A stretch of 64,000 nucleotides of DNA from Patescibacteria group bacterium (GTDB taxonomy: Bacteria > Patescibacteriota > UBA1384 > XYA2-FULL-43-10 > 1-14-0-10-43-13), in the NCBI GenBank assembly GCA_041649155.1, contig JBAZNP010000001.1, forward strand, positions 67,581 to 131,580, in the 5' to 3' direction. Both the position numbers and the translations under genes were made by a program. This document shows positions 19,084-28,523 of the stretch, in pieces. How positions within the stretch are numbered: the first letter of the stretch is position 1; each line of letters opens with the position of its first letter. Under the pieces are notes generated by a model. That model made no database searches. It was not told the origin of the DNA and worked only from the letters and a program-made list of their open reading frames with translations.

Positions 19084-19443
19084 TTGAATAATAGTCAAGG
19101 AGGAATATTGATTAGAGAAAAAATAATGCATTGGACACCCAGAGTGTTGTCTGCGCTTCTTACTCTTTTTTTTCTAAGTTTTGTGTTAGAGACCTTTTCA
19201 CCGCAATTTAGTTGGCAAGATGGTCTTTCTCACTTAATACTGGGTCTTCTGACCCTTGGCATTACTATACTAGCGTGGAAAAAACCTCAAGCAGGCGGAA
19301 TGATTTTCATGCTCATTGGCGGAAGTTTTCTTATTGCAATTAAGGAAAATACTCCGGCATTTTGGATAATCGGTTTAGTACCCCTTACCATAGGACTGCT
19401 TTTCTATCTATCAGAGACAAGGGGAAAGGATCAGAAAGTTTAA
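19084..19443 (+). CDS. hypothetical membrane protein
   Basis: 119 aa, 3-4 TM segments, RBS AAGGAGG. Confidence 0.5.
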   Translation: MNNSQGGILIREKIMHWTPRVLSALLTLFFLSFVLETFSPQFSWQDGLSHLILGLLTLGITILAWKKPQAGGMIFMLIGGSFLIAIKENTPAFWIIGLVPLTIGLLFYLSETRGKDQKV

Positions 19444-19568
19444 AGCAATAAAACAAGAATAATATTTGTTATTTCTCAATAAACTCCAATGACTAAGCGA
19501 GAATACTTTGCTAATTTTAATCTAAAAGATAAAAGTAAAAGGAGGCTCATGGGAGGTGATTACGAAAT

Positions 19569-19925
19569 ATGAAAAAAAATCTGGTAAGCTTGCTACTCTT
19601 GCTCGTCATAGTTATTGGGGTTGGCGCGTTAGCTGTATCCGGCATAGCTCTTTCCCAGAAATCTCCACAGCAAAATCAAACTGTTTCACCGCAACAATAT
19701 CTGAAAGATCAGGCTCAAATGATGACTGATAGTGGTTCAATGATGCAGGACATGGCTAAAACAATGACAGAAAACGGCAGTTTAATGCAACAAAAAGGCT
19801 CCCAGTATCAGGATTCTGAATTAAAGAATAAAGGAGACGAAATGATAACTGACGCCCAAAAAATGCAGGATGAAGCTACAAATATGTTGAATTCAGGTCA
19901 GGAATTTTCAAATAAAATACAATAA
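19569..19925 (+). CDS. hypothetical secreted/anchored Q,M-rich protein
   Basis: Signal-anchor followed by a low-complexity Gln/Met-rich region. RBS AGGAGG. Confidence 0.5.
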   Translation: MKKNLVSLLLLLVIVIGVGALAVSGIALSQKSPQQNQTVSPQQYLKDQAQMMTDSGSMMQDMAKTMTENGSLMQQKGSQYQDSELKNKGDEMITDAQKMQDEATNMLNSGQEFSNKIQ

Positions 19926-19945
19926 AAAAAATTATTGAATAATTT

Positions 19946-19972
19946 AAAAAGAGCCTCCTAGAGGCTCTTTTT
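19946..19972. terminator. Bidirectional intrinsic terminator (aaaaagagcctc-ctag-gaggctcttttt)
   Basis: Perfect 7-bp stem flanked by A- and T-tracts. Confidence 0.6.
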
Positions 19973-20051
19973 AAATGCACAGGATTGATATTTTTATAAA
20001 AAGTGATATTATCATAATAAGCATCAGCTACCATACAAGGAGGAACAGGAT

Positions 20052-20399
20052 ATGCTAATGTTTTTTGTAATGTTATGGATATTCGGCATTGTCGTCGTGT
20101 TTGATGGAGCAAGGCACATTGATGATAAAGTAAGGAGCGTCAATGATGAACCAGATGCTGACAGAATCTGGCGAATAATTGAATTTTGCCTTGGATCGAT
20201 CATTGCACTAGCAGGCAATATTAGTGTCTGCATATGCATTACAATTTCGATGAAACTATCGACATTGTTAGCAGTTATACTTGGAATAGTGTTTACGCTA
20301 TTCGGAATCGTTTTGTCCTTTTGTATTATCGCGATCATGGTCTTCATGCTCTCTTGCTTCAATCTTACACCAAGAAAAAAAGCAGGCACACCTGCCTAA
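20052..20399 (+). CDS. hypothetical membrane protein
   Basis: 115 aa, 3 TM segments, RBS AGGAGG 8 nt upstream. Confidence 0.5.
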   Translation: MLMFFVMLWIFGIVVVFDGARHIDDKVRSVNDEPDADRIWRIIEFCLGSIIALAGNISVCICITISMKLSTLLAVILGIVFTLFGIVLSFCIIAIMVFMLSCFNLTPRKKAGTPA

Positions 20400-20650
20400 A
20401 ACAAATTCCCTCGCTTTCCCAATGAAAGTATTGCAACGCTGGCCAACTCTTGTTTGGCCAGCAGTTTTTTATATGACAATCATTTTTTGTAACTTTTTCT
20501 TTCTAATATTCAAGAAGAATTGTTCTTAATCAAAATTATATAGCAAAAGACGTTAAGAAAGGATTAAGAAAATTTTGACTACGATAAAATTGACTTTGTT
20601 GTGATTTTTAGGTATTATTTTACTGTTATTTTCAAGTAAGAAAATTTTGT

Positions 20651-20727
20651 CGGGGAGTGGCTCAGTTGGCTAGAGCACCGCGTTTGGGACGCGGGGGTCG
20701 GAGGTTCGAGTCCTCTCTCCCCGACCA
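20651..20727 (+). tRNA. tRNA-Pro (anticodon TGG)
   Basis: CGGGGAG acceptor, loop UUUGGGA, T-loop TTCGAGT, CCA encoded. Confidence 0.8.
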
Positions 20728-20728
20728 T

Positions 20729-20803
20729 GCGGGTATCGTATAATGGTTATTATGCCTGCTTTCCAAGCAGGACATAGGGGTCCGATTCCCCTTACCCGCT
20801 CCA
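20729..20803 (+). tRNA. tRNA-Gly (anticodon TCC)
   Basis: GCGGGUA acceptor, loop UUUCCAA, T-loop TCCGATT, CCA encoded. It lies 1 nt after tRNA-Pro. Confidence 0.8.
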
Positions 20804-20807
20804 TAAA

Positions 20808-20840
20808 AAATAACCATCGAAAGATGGTTATTTTTTATTG
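20808..20840 (+). terminator. Intrinsic terminator (aataaccatc-gaaa-gatggttatt followed by ttttt)
   Basis: 10-bp stem plus T-tract after the tRNA pair. Confidence 0.6.
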
Positions 20841-20852
20841 AAATATTTACTT

Positions 20853-21584
20853 CTATTTATACTTCCCTGCTAATAAATTTTTCTTTACCTGCTTAGCGTC
20901 TTTTATCATACGGAGACCGTCCTTGATTGGATTGACGGTTGAATGTGGATCATCATACCATGTAATACCGCACTCTTTAATCCAAAATTTAAGATTTTTA
21001 GCAATAGCCAGAAGTTCAATATCAAAGGAAAAACGGTCAAATGTCTGCCTTTTAAAGATTTCTTCTGCTACCTTCGCTTTAAAAAGTTTAAAACCGCATT
21101 GAGTATCTTTAATCCCCGGAGCAGCCAAAGACTGGATTATGTGATTCAACACTCTGCTACCAAGAACACGATAAAAAGGCTGCGGCCTGGCCAACTTGCC
21201 ACCATCGTTATATCTTGAACCAATTACAACATCATACGTTTCACCATCTTTCAAGAGCTTATCAACTTGATGAAGCGGCGTTGAATTATCGGCGTCAGTG
21301 AAAAGAATAAATTCACCTTGTGCCGCAAGCACTCCCTCTTTAACACTATATCCCTTACCTTTGTTCTCTTTTCTGTCAATTACCTTGAAATTATTTATCT
21401 TTCCTTCATATTTTTTAGCTGCCAGAGCAGTATCATCGGGAGACCCGTCAACAACAACAATTGTCTCAGTCGCAAAATCATGATTGTCCTGATATTTAAT
21501 AACCGCATCAAGAATTTTGTGAATTCTATCCTCTTCTTTATAAGCCGGAATTACTATCGATAAATGTATTTTTCCTGTTGTCAT
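20853..21584 (-). CDS. GT2 glycosyltransferase (dolichyl/polyprenyl-phosphate hexose synthase-like)
   Basis: LSIVIPAYKEE…VVDGSPDDT…DAD are GT-A signatures. 243 aa. Confidence 0.8.
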   Translation of the reverse strand: MTTGKIHLSIVIPAYKEEDRIHKILDAVIKYQDNHDFATETIVVVDGSPDDTALAAKKYEGKINNFKVIDRKENKGKGYSVKEGVLAAQGEFILFTDADNSTPLHQVDKLLKDGETYDVVIGSRYNDGGKLARPQPFYRVLGSRVLNHIIQSLAAPGIKDTQCGFKLFKAKVAEEIFKRQTFDRFSFDIELLAIAKNLKFWIKECGITWYDDPHSTVNPIKDGLRMIKDAKQVKKNLLAGKYK

Positions 21585-23425
21585 AATTCCACCTGTATTT
21601 CTTCCTGATCAAGACTACCCGCAGAATCAATGGTTGTTATTGGATAAGGAGAAACTGGAGGATGATTTATGAGATCCTGAGAAGTAATATGGAATACCAA
21701 GATTGAGCCCCCAATCTCAGCTTCCGGCTTATAAGTGTCCAGCCAACCATACGACCACTTCCCCTCTTTCTCGCCATATAATTTGGATGATTGATAAAAA
21801 GTTGCCGAAACTGCAATCCAGCCGGTTGTCGGACCATAGGAACTATGCCAAGGAATTTGTTGTGGAATATAGTAGCTGGGAACAGAACCGCCAAAATAGT
21901 CAACTTTAATCTGTTTAATATCATTATCGTCGACATATTTTTTCAGACGTAATAAATCCTGACCCCAGTCGAGCGAAGAATCGACTAAATAATTATATCT
22001 TTGATCGCGTGGAACAAATTCATTAAAGTATCCAATATAATTTGGGAAGTAAGACAGAGTTGAATACGCCATGAACAAGACTAATATTCCAACTACATAT
22101 TTTGGTATTTTATTCTTTGAACTAAAGAGCAAATGTAAGAAGTATCCAATAATAAGCAGAACAAATGGAACAGTCGGCATTAAGTGGCGGATTCCGATGT
22201 TCAATGAACCTCTCATTGTAATAGCCCAATAAACCAGCCAAGGCATTAACAATACACTCAAAACCCAAAACTTCTCTTTGCTTTTCCAAAATTTACTCCA
22301 GATAATTCCGATTACCGACCAGACAGACAAGATAATGATAGTAATCGGGGTTTTGACCAACCAGGCAAATGGAAAAAACCATGAAATCGACTTGTCCGAC
22401 AAGTGCCCAAGCGCAAATGTTGCATTACCACCAGCTACTCGAGCAAAGACAAGCATGACACCAAGGAGATAGTGGCCAATGGCACGAGTAAACGGATTCC
22501 CTTCTAATCCATGTAGAAAATTACGAAGCGGCAAAGTTCTAGCATCCTCTGTCAGATTTCTAGTAATCACTTCATGTTCAATGTTAACTGGAGTTTTCCA
22601 GACAAACGGAAGATAAACCAACCAGACAACGCCAAGAGAGATTAAACAAGTCCAAAAGTATATCTTGAAATTTACCCAAAGCGCCGACCGAAATCCTTTT
22701 TCCTTTCGATCCAGAATTGCTCGAATTAAAACCAAGGCCAGAAATACGCCAAAAAGCAAAAAGGATGAGAATTTTAATAGTTGTGCTATACCAAAGGCAA
22801 TTCCAGCAAAAATAGTCGATTTTGTAGTTTTATTGCGAATTGCCCTGTCAAAATAATATGAGGCCAAGACAAAACCAAAAGCTGCGGCCACATCTGTTGT
22901 AACAAGCCGTCCATGAGCTATTACATCGGGATAAAGCGCATATAGCAAAAGAACAACCAGGCCAACCTTTCGTCCAAAAAGCTCCGCCGCCCATTTATAT
23001 ATGAGTAATCCCAATCCGATCATTAGGAGCATCATCGGAAGACGGGACCAGAGAAGTATATGAGCAGGATTGTTGCCAGCTTCATAGAGCATATACCAGC
23101 CAGCTTCCCACTGATTTATACCATCCCAGCTCCAATCATCCTTTATGCCTTTAATACCACTTTGAAGTGCCAATGGTAGTCCGGCAAGAGCCTTTGCCAA
23201 CGGCGGATGCTCTGGATTCATACGGTAGTCCATATATTTATCATATGAATATCCAGCCGGAATATGAGCAATCTCATCAACTATGCCTGAGTCCCCCGGA
23301 TCACCAAAAATACCTTTTGATGAAAAAAGGGCGATCAGGAACATCATGAGCATTATTAGACCGACTAGGACACCAGAATAAATCTTTTTCTCCCTAAGAG
23401 AAAAATCTTTTTTGAAGAAATTCAT
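21581..23425 (-). CDS. GT39/ArnT-like polyprenyl-phosphate-dependent membrane glycosyltransferase (PMT family)
   Basis: DEIAH…PPLAKALAG motif with about 12 TM segments. Its stop overlaps the GT2 start, giving an operon. Confidence 0.75.
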   Translation of the reverse strand: MNFFKKDFSLREKKIYSGVLVGLIMLMMFLIALFSSKGIFGDPGDSGIVDEIAHIPAGYSYDKYMDYRMNPEHPPLAKALAGLPLALQSGIKGIKDDWSWDGINQWEAGWYMLYEAGNNPAHILLWSRLPMMLLMIGLGLLIYKWAAELFGRKVGLVVLLLYALYPDVIAHGRLVTTDVAAAFGFVLASYYFDRAIRNKTTKSTIFAGIAFGIAQLLKFSSFLLFGVFLALVLIRAILDRKEKGFRSALWVNFKIYFWTCLISLGVVWLVYLPFVWKTPVNIEHEVITRNLTEDARTLPLRNFLHGLEGNPFTRAIGHYLLGVMLVFARVAGGNATFALGHLSDKSISWFFPFAWLVKTPITIIILSVWSVIGIIWSKFWKSKEKFWVLSVLLMPWLVYWAITMRGSLNIGIRHLMPTVPFVLLIIGYFLHLLFSSKNKIPKYVVGILVLFMAYSTLSYFPNYIGYFNEFVPRDQRYNYLVDSSLDWGQDLLRLKKYVDDNDIKQIKVDYFGGSVPSYYIPQQIPWHSSYGPTTGWIAVSATFYQSSKLYGEKEGKWSYGWLDTYKPEAEIGGSILVFHITSQDLINHPPVSPYPITTIDSAGSLDQEEIQVEL

Positions 23426-23431
23426 TTTGTT

Positions 23432-24958
23432 TTACTCCGATATATCGGAGCCCTCCATTGTAAAAGACCTTTTTGTTGATTTCTTAGTAACCCTGAACAC
23501 TTCTAAATATCTACCAAACATTAAACGTGTTTGTGATTCCAACGCCGGCAGAGAAGAGAAGAAAATATTCGAAAACGGCATGATAATCGGGGTTAATATC
23601 CAATCCAGTGCAATTCTTCTGAAAGGCTTTTTTCCTTTACGAGGTGGAACCAAAAGAGTGGAGAGTGTTAAAGTTGTAATCATTCCTGTCCAAGCGATTC
23701 CTGCCAACCATGAATATATTGTGGGAAAGTTGAAAGCCAGAACTGTTTCTCTAAAATCAGGATTTAGTGCCAATGGCAGCCATGAAGATGTAGCCAAAAT
23801 AATAGAGGTAGTTGACCATGAAATATGAGATTCCCAAAGAATTAAAGCATTGGACCAACGATCAATAAACGGAATATTTTTATTGCCGATTGTATGCTCC
23901 ATTACATAAGCGATGTCTGATACACCCCACGACCAACGTCTTTTTTGTAAATATTGCTCGTACAATGTCTCTTTTAGATTATCTCCCAAAACCGCATCTT
24001 GGTAAATAGGTGTATACATCGGGATCACTTCATGAAGTCCATTAAACTTAAAATAAGTTCTCCAGAACTGATGCCCGTCTTCAACAATCGTTTTAGTAGA
24101 CCAGAATTCAACCTTAACCAACGCCTCCAAACTTTGTGCGTGAGCAGAAAAGTTCCTCAAACGCGACGGCCTTGTTGCAACAACAAGTTGCCAGAAAGAG
24201 GAACCCATTGCGATTAGCCTCATGGGCATTGGCACGTCCCAAATATTATTAAAATACATTGGAAGAGGCTGAAAACTTTTGTGCACAGGATCGGCATCTG
24301 AAATATATTTATAGGTCAAACAAGCAAGATATCTTCGATCCAGACGGTTATCTGAATCCATAGTAGTTACAATCACATTTTCAAAAGGAATATTTTTCTT
24401 TTGAAAATACGGAACCATCTGTTTTCCAGCATGAGTGATATTCGGTCCCTTACCAATGACTTCTCCAGGAATATCTTTCGGATGCATTATTGTAATGAAA
24501 TCATGAAGTTTGCCCGCATATTTTTTGTGAAGAGTCCTGCTAATATTCTCAGCATTTTCCTTGTCCCGCTCCTCAATAGCAAGAACAAAAATAATTTTAT
24601 CTAGCGGATAAGCTGAATTAATTACAGACTCGACTGAAAATTCCAAAATACTTATGTCTTCTTTGTAAGTCGGCACGATAATAAGGTGGTAAATTTCTTT
24701 CCATGCATTAGCAGGAGCAAGTTCATCCAACTTTTTCAACCAGTCGATCTTGGTGTCTTGCTTGTAATTTTTATATCCCAATATAAGACGATAAGACATA
24801 AAAAATATCTTGGTCAGCCAATAGCAAAGAAAAAAGATCATAAAGATTGCAAGTGATCTTGGATACCATATTGAAAGTGCAACAGGAAAAAGAATAATGA
24901 ACCAGACTATTGCGCCCGGAAGAATTTCGAACAACCTTTTATATTTCCAATGTGTCAT
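23432..24958 (-). CDS. Membrane GT2 processive glycosyltransferase (cellulose-synthase-like)
   Basis: D, DxD and QKRRW (QxxRW) motifs with flanking TM helices. Confidence 0.7.
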   Translation of the reverse strand: MTHWKYKRLFEILPGAIVWFIILFPVALSIWYPRSLAIFMIFFLCYWLTKIFFMSYRLILGYKNYKQDTKIDWLKKLDELAPANAWKEIYHLIIVPTYKEDISILEFSVESVINSAYPLDKIIFVLAIEERDKENAENISRTLHKKYAGKLHDFITIMHPKDIPGEVIGKGPNITHAGKQMVPYFQKKNIPFENVIVTTMDSDNRLDRRYLACLTYKYISDADPVHKSFQPLPMYFNNIWDVPMPMRLIAMGSSFWQLVVATRPSRLRNFSAHAQSLEALVKVEFWSTKTIVEDGHQFWRTYFKFNGLHEVIPMYTPIYQDAVLGDNLKETLYEQYLQKRRWSWGVSDIAYVMEHTIGNKNIPFIDRWSNALILWESHISWSTTSIILATSSWLPLALNPDFRETVLAFNFPTIYSWLAGIAWTGMITTLTLSTLLVPPRKGKKPFRRIALDWILTPIIMPFSNIFFSSLPALESQTRLMFGRYLEVFRVTKKSTKRSFTMEGSDISE

Positions 24959-24973
24959 GTTATGTAATCACCC

Positions 24974-25015
24974 ACTGTCATCCCGAGCCCCCTCTACTGT
25001 CATCCCGAGCGTTAG
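24974..25015. repeat. Two direct copies of CTGTCATCCCGAGC plus a hairpin, belonging to the TGTCATYCC element family
   Basis: Read directly. It sits between the GT2 start and the upstream small membrane gene. Confidence 0.45.
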
Positions 25016-25026
25016 TCGGGGGATCT

Positions 25027-25359
25027 TTACGAATTTATTAAATAAAATATTTCCAAAATAAATATTAATGTTGAGACACCAATACTGGCCGATAACAGCA
25101 AATAACTAATTTCCTTTTCCTTATCATAAGAAAATAGTCCCAAAGTAGTATTTATTAATAATACTATCACTAAATAGCGCAACGGGTAAATGCCCAAGCG
25201 TTCATATAAGAATAATTCTCTCTTAGCTAATATATATTTCCATATTATTGTGTCAGTTAAAACCAAAATAATAGTACCTGATACAAGGCACAGGTTCACA
25301 TGGTCGTCAAATAATGCTTTTTTAATCGCCCCGAAGCCATCTGCAAAATAATTTTTCAC
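25027..25359 (-). CDS. hypothetical small membrane protein
   Basis: 110 aa, 3 TM segments. Confidence 0.45.
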   Translation of the reverse strand: MKNYFADGFGAIKKALFDDHVNLCLVSGTIILVLTDTIIWKYILAKRELFLYERLGIYPLRYLVIVLLINTTLGLFSYDKEKEISYLLLSASIGVSTLIFILEIFYLINS

Positions 25360-25382
25360 TACAACCCCCTGTACTTAATATT

Positions 25383-25458
25383 TGGAGCCGATGAGAGGAT
25401 TTGAACCTCCGACCTCTTCTTTACGAAAGAATTGCTCTACCAGCTGAGCTACATCGGC
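25383..25458 (-). tRNA. tRNA-Thr (anticodon CGT)
   Basis: Reverse complement folds as GCCGAUG…loop UUCGUAA…T-loop TTCAAAT…CCA, with a 27:43 mismatch in the anticodon stem. Confidence 0.7.
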
Positions 25459-25459
25459 A

Positions 25460-25533
25460 TGGAGCGGGTAACGGGAATCGAACCCGTGACTCATCCTTGG
25501 GAAGGACGCATTTTACCACTAAACCATACCCGC
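25460..25533 (-). tRNA. tRNA-Gly (anticodon CCC)
   Basis: Reverse complement gives GCGGGUA…loop UUCCCAA…T-loop TTCGATT…CCA, 1 nt from tRNA-Thr. Confidence 0.75.
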
Positions 25534-25680
25534 AATACAAGATTCAATCTATCATTTCCAGCTCAAAAAGACAATAAAATGAGTCTGAATCCGAGCTTTT
25601 ACTATTGACTTTTCCATTGTTTTGTGATATTATATTAAACATACTGAGGGAAAGGTGGTTGATATTAAAGGAGATTAATT

Positions 25681-25857
25681 ATGATCAAACTGATAATATC
25701 AATCATTTCAGTATCACTAATGATAGACGCCAAAGTCCTGAACAGAATAATGGCGCACTCCGCGACTCCCGAGCTCGCTCCCGTTGTAGCAGGCACGTTC
25801 CTGCTCGGACTGGCCGGAGCTGTAATAAGTATTCCTTCCTTGCTTCAAAGCAGGTAA
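25681..25857 (+). CDS. hypothetical 58-aa hydrophobic peptide (alternative to the track ORFs in this region)
   Basis: ATG 7 nt after an AAGGAGA RBS. It has an AT-rich 5' part and a GC-rich 3' part. A promoter-like TTGACT-17-TATTAT lies upstream. Confidence 0.35.
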   Translation: MIKLIISIISVSLMIDAKVLNRIMAHSATPELAPVVAGTFLLGLAGAVISIPSLLQSR

Positions 25858-26159
25858 ACAGAGCACTGGTCGGTCTTGCATTTCAATGTGAGACCGACCC
25901 AACCTTGAGCCCCCATCCGCCAGTCGGTAGTTCGAGGCTTGAGCGTTGAAAAATGTTCTTCTCCTTATTAAGGAGAAGTTAGATGAGGTAAAATTATCAT
26001 TCCCAATATCTCCCGCGAGTCAAAGCTAGAAGTAAGTTATTAAACTAAGTACTCAAAGCTTATCGCTAGCTTGACTCACAGGAAATAGTTTTTCCATGAT
26101 GAGAAGCCTACTGACTAAAGTCAGAGGCGCGGCTAATACCCGCAAGAGGATAAGGGAGA

Positions 26160-26786
26160 ATGCTTCGTCTGATTAAAGTTATTGGATTAAGTTTGGGCTT
26201 CATGGTCGTTGTCTGCGGCCTTTTCGCCGTAGCGGCTCGCGCCGACACCAACGACCCAGTCGGCTGGAAAGTAGTTTTCAGCCTCAGTTGTTCCTCTGGA
26301 ACAGTTGAATTCGGGGCCAATGACGCCGGCTCTGGCTATGCAAGAGGATTTGTAGACGGTCCAGTAAGGATGGACCGTGAAGCTGGATATACCAGCATCA
26401 TCCATCTTGGGGCAAACACAATATTTCAAGAAAATCTGATAATCGAGCCCCAGGCAAACGCTCCGGACAGTTTTATCCTAAGTTGGACAACCTTCAACTG
26501 GGACAAGGATTGGTTGTATCGGCCCGGAAATATCGGTCGGTCGATTTACGGCCGACTGCCGATACCTGGAGAAGCTGAGCGATGGCTTGATCTGTCCAAA
26601 TCCGGAAGCACAACTCTTGGCAGCAGCAACCAGTGGTATCACTACGCAAATGGCGATCCGCTGCTTCAGATGCCAATTTTCGCCAATCAGGCTGTTCCCG
26701 AGCCTAGCAGCATTTTTGCCTTAGGCGGCGGATTTGGAGCTATGCTCCTTCGCCGCTATCGTTTCAGAGCTTGGTCTAGAAAATAG
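26160..26786 (+). CDS. PEP-CTERM sorting-domain protein (putative exosortase substrate)
   Basis: N-terminal signal peptide. The C-terminus reads …VPEPSSIFALGGGFGAMLLRRYRFR, i.e. PEP motif, TM segment and Arg cluster. GC is well above the window average. Confidence 0.75.
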   Translation: MLRLIKVIGLSLGFMVVVCGLFAVAARADTNDPVGWKVVFSLSCSSGTVEFGANDAGSGYARGFVDGPVRMDREAGYTSIIHLGANTIFQENLIIEPQANAPDSFILSWTTFNWDKDWLYRPGNIGRSIYGRLPIPGEAERWLDLSKSGSTTLGSSNQWYHYANGDPLLQMPIFANQAVPEPSSIFALGGGFGAMLLRRYRFRAWSRK

Positions 26787-26805
26787 GACTAAGCCAAGAT
26801 CAAAC

Positions 26806-26836
26806 GCCTACCCCGAAGGGGTGGGCGTTTTTCTTA
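26806..26836 (+). terminator. Intrinsic terminator (cgcctacccc-gaag-gggtgggcg followed by ttttt)
   Basis: GC-rich stem plus T-tract. Confidence 0.6.
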
Positions 26837-26876
26837 TTGATTTTTTGATCAATAATTGTTATAATTCATTCATTGC

Positions 26877-26953
26877 GGGGTCGTAGTTCAGTTGGTTAGA
26901 ACGCCACACTGTCACTGTGGAGGTCGCCGGTTCGAGTCCGGTCGATCCCGCCA
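26877..26953 (+). tRNA. tRNA-Asp (anticodon GTC)
   Basis: GGGGUCG acceptor, loop CUGUCAC, T-loop TTCGAGT, CCA encoded. Confidence 0.8.
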
Positions 26954-27057
26954 GTAAAAAACCGTTAGTGCATTGCAAATGTACTGGCGGTTTTTTATTG
27001 CTATTTTTGCAAATTATTGTTATACATGTAGCGAGATTAGCAAAGGGGGCATGTGAC

Positions 27058-27384
27058 ATGCTTACTGGAATTTTATACCGGCTATCGGGATTGATTTATG
27101 GCAAATACGTTTGCGTCCGTTGCGGTAAACAGTTTCCAAACAGGTTGATCAAAAAAGTGCTAAACCAATGGATTGCTGCAAAATGGCACGAAGATATGTC
27201 GACAACAGCCGGATCTGTTCATCGAGTCTGCCTCCAATGTTGCGAATTGGCCAAAAGTTGGGATGGCACAGAATCTGGATATGATCCAAAAAATGATCCG
27301 GCAGCCGGACTTGGTTTGGGTCCAATCGCATCCGATCTACTTAGAATGATCGAGGATGCTCAGGAAACTTTGAAAGGAAAGTAG
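27058..27384 (+). CDS. hypothetical zinc-ribbon protein (CxxC…CxxCC)
   Basis: In-frame ATG 9 nt after an AAGGGGG RBS. The track's 5' extension runs through tRNA-Asp and is rejected. CVRCGK…CLQCC. Confidence 0.5.
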   Translation: MLTGILYRLSGLIYGKYVCVRCGKQFPNRLIKKVLNQWIAAKWHEDMSTTAGSVHRVCLQCCELAKSWDGTESGYDPKNDPAAGLGLGPIASDLLRMIEDAQETLKGK

Positions 27385-27406
27385 TGATGACATTGAAGCG
27401 GCGAAT

Positions 27407-27440
27407 CATCAGCCAAAGACCGAACATCTGAGTTCGGTCT
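27407..27440 (+). terminator. Intrinsic terminator (aaagaccgaac-atctga-gttcggtct followed by tttttttt)
   Basis: Perfect stem plus T-tract. Confidence 0.65.
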
Positions 27441-27586
27441 TTTTTTTATTAAACATGAACTTTTGGTCGATTGGACAAAAAAGCTTAAAAAATAGTTATT
27501 TTTTTATAGAAATAGCTAATAAAATATCATCTTTATTAAGAGATGATATTTTTGCCTGCGGGCGAATATGATACTGGAGGGAAAAA

Positions 27587-28444
27587 ATGAAAAAGAGCTT
27601 GATTTTGTGTTTGATCACAGTTGTAAGCGTGGGCATATTGGCACCCACTCCAATCAGAGCAAGTGAAGAAGGACGACGCAATGTTGCTTATCTGACAGGC
27701 GTATTGCTTGGCGGAGCGATTTACACCGGTAATCCATATGCAATCGGAGCAACAGGATCCGGAACGCTTTATTCCTTGAAACGATTGGGCGATGAAATCA
27801 ATAATCGCCACCAGCGGGAGAAATATTATCAGCCACAAGCCCGTCAACCTCAGAACTGTCCATCTCCATGCCAACAGCCAGCATATTGTCCTGCACAATA
27901 TCAACAAGTAGCATGCTGTCCGACTTGCGGTCAAAGTCAGACATACTCAAATTGCGGACCAAGAGGACAAAATTGTTCTGTCAACCAGCCTCCGCAGTAT
28001 GTCTATTACCCGACCACAGCTCAATGCAATAACTACGACAGTCGTGACCCTGACGAGTTAATTCCCAATACGGCTTCAGAGTCTTCGCATCAGAATTTCT
28101 CGGTTGGATACAATGGCAACAATCCAACATTTCGCTTCAATCGCTCAGGAGGGCAACGCACAAGCTATGTCCGCAGAGGAAACAAACAAAAACAATCGCA
28201 AAAAGCGCAAAAAGTGATAGTGGTCTATGTAGATGCTAATGGTTATCCGATACAGCAAAATGCCGGTTATCAGCCGCAACCAACATATCAACGTGACCCC
28301 GATCAGTTGGTTCCTGTCAGCGCTTCAGATTCATCTCATCAGAATTTCTCGGTTGGATACAACGGTAACAATCCAACATCTTACCTCAATCGTTCAGGCG
28401 GTCAACGCATAAGTTATGCTCGCAGAGGCAACTTAAGAAATTAA
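27587..28444 (+). CDS. Secreted protein with a Cys/Gln/Pro-rich linker and two ~75-aa tandem repeats
   Basis: Signal peptide. Internal repeats …RDPDELIPNTASESSHQNFSVGYNGNNPT…RSGGQR.SY.RRGN occur twice. Confidence 0.6.
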   Translation: MKKSLILCLITVVSVGILAPTPIRASEEGRRNVAYLTGVLLGGAIYTGNPYAIGATGSGTLYSLKRLGDEINNRHQREKYYQPQARQPQNCPSPCQQPAYCPAQYQQVACCPTCGQSQTYSNCGPRGQNCSVNQPPQYVYYPTTAQCNNYDSRDPDELIPNTASESSHQNFSVGYNGNNPTFRFNRSGGQRTSYVRRGNKQKQSQKAQKVIVVYVDANGYPIQQNAGYQPQPTYQRDPDQLVPVSASDSSHQNFSVGYNGNNPTSYLNRSGGQRISYARRGNLRN

Positions 28445-28466
28445 TACGCAAACCGCCAACGAACTC

Positions 28467-28498
28467 AAATAGGCTCCGATATATCGGAGCCTATTCTT
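28467..28498 (+). terminator. Intrinsic terminator containing the palindrome GGCTCCGATATATCGGAGCC
   Basis: Hairpin read directly. The same 16-nt core also occurs at 23440. Confidence 0.5.
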
Positions 28499-28523
28499 CA
28501 AGATTTAGCGCAAATATTAAATC

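Noticed and set aside
25605-25949. A 114-aa track ORF (and the antisense 25717..25902 ORF).
   Set aside because: The translation is Arg/Ser-rich junk typical of an out-of-frame GC-rich reading. The alternative 58-aa ORF (25681..25857) with a strong RBS is preferred, itself with low confidence.
26917-27057. The 5' extension of the track ORF 26917..27384.
   Set aside because: The extension reads through tRNA-Asp and its terminator. An in-frame ATG at 27058 with an AAGGGGG RBS gives a sensible 108-aa zinc-ribbon protein.
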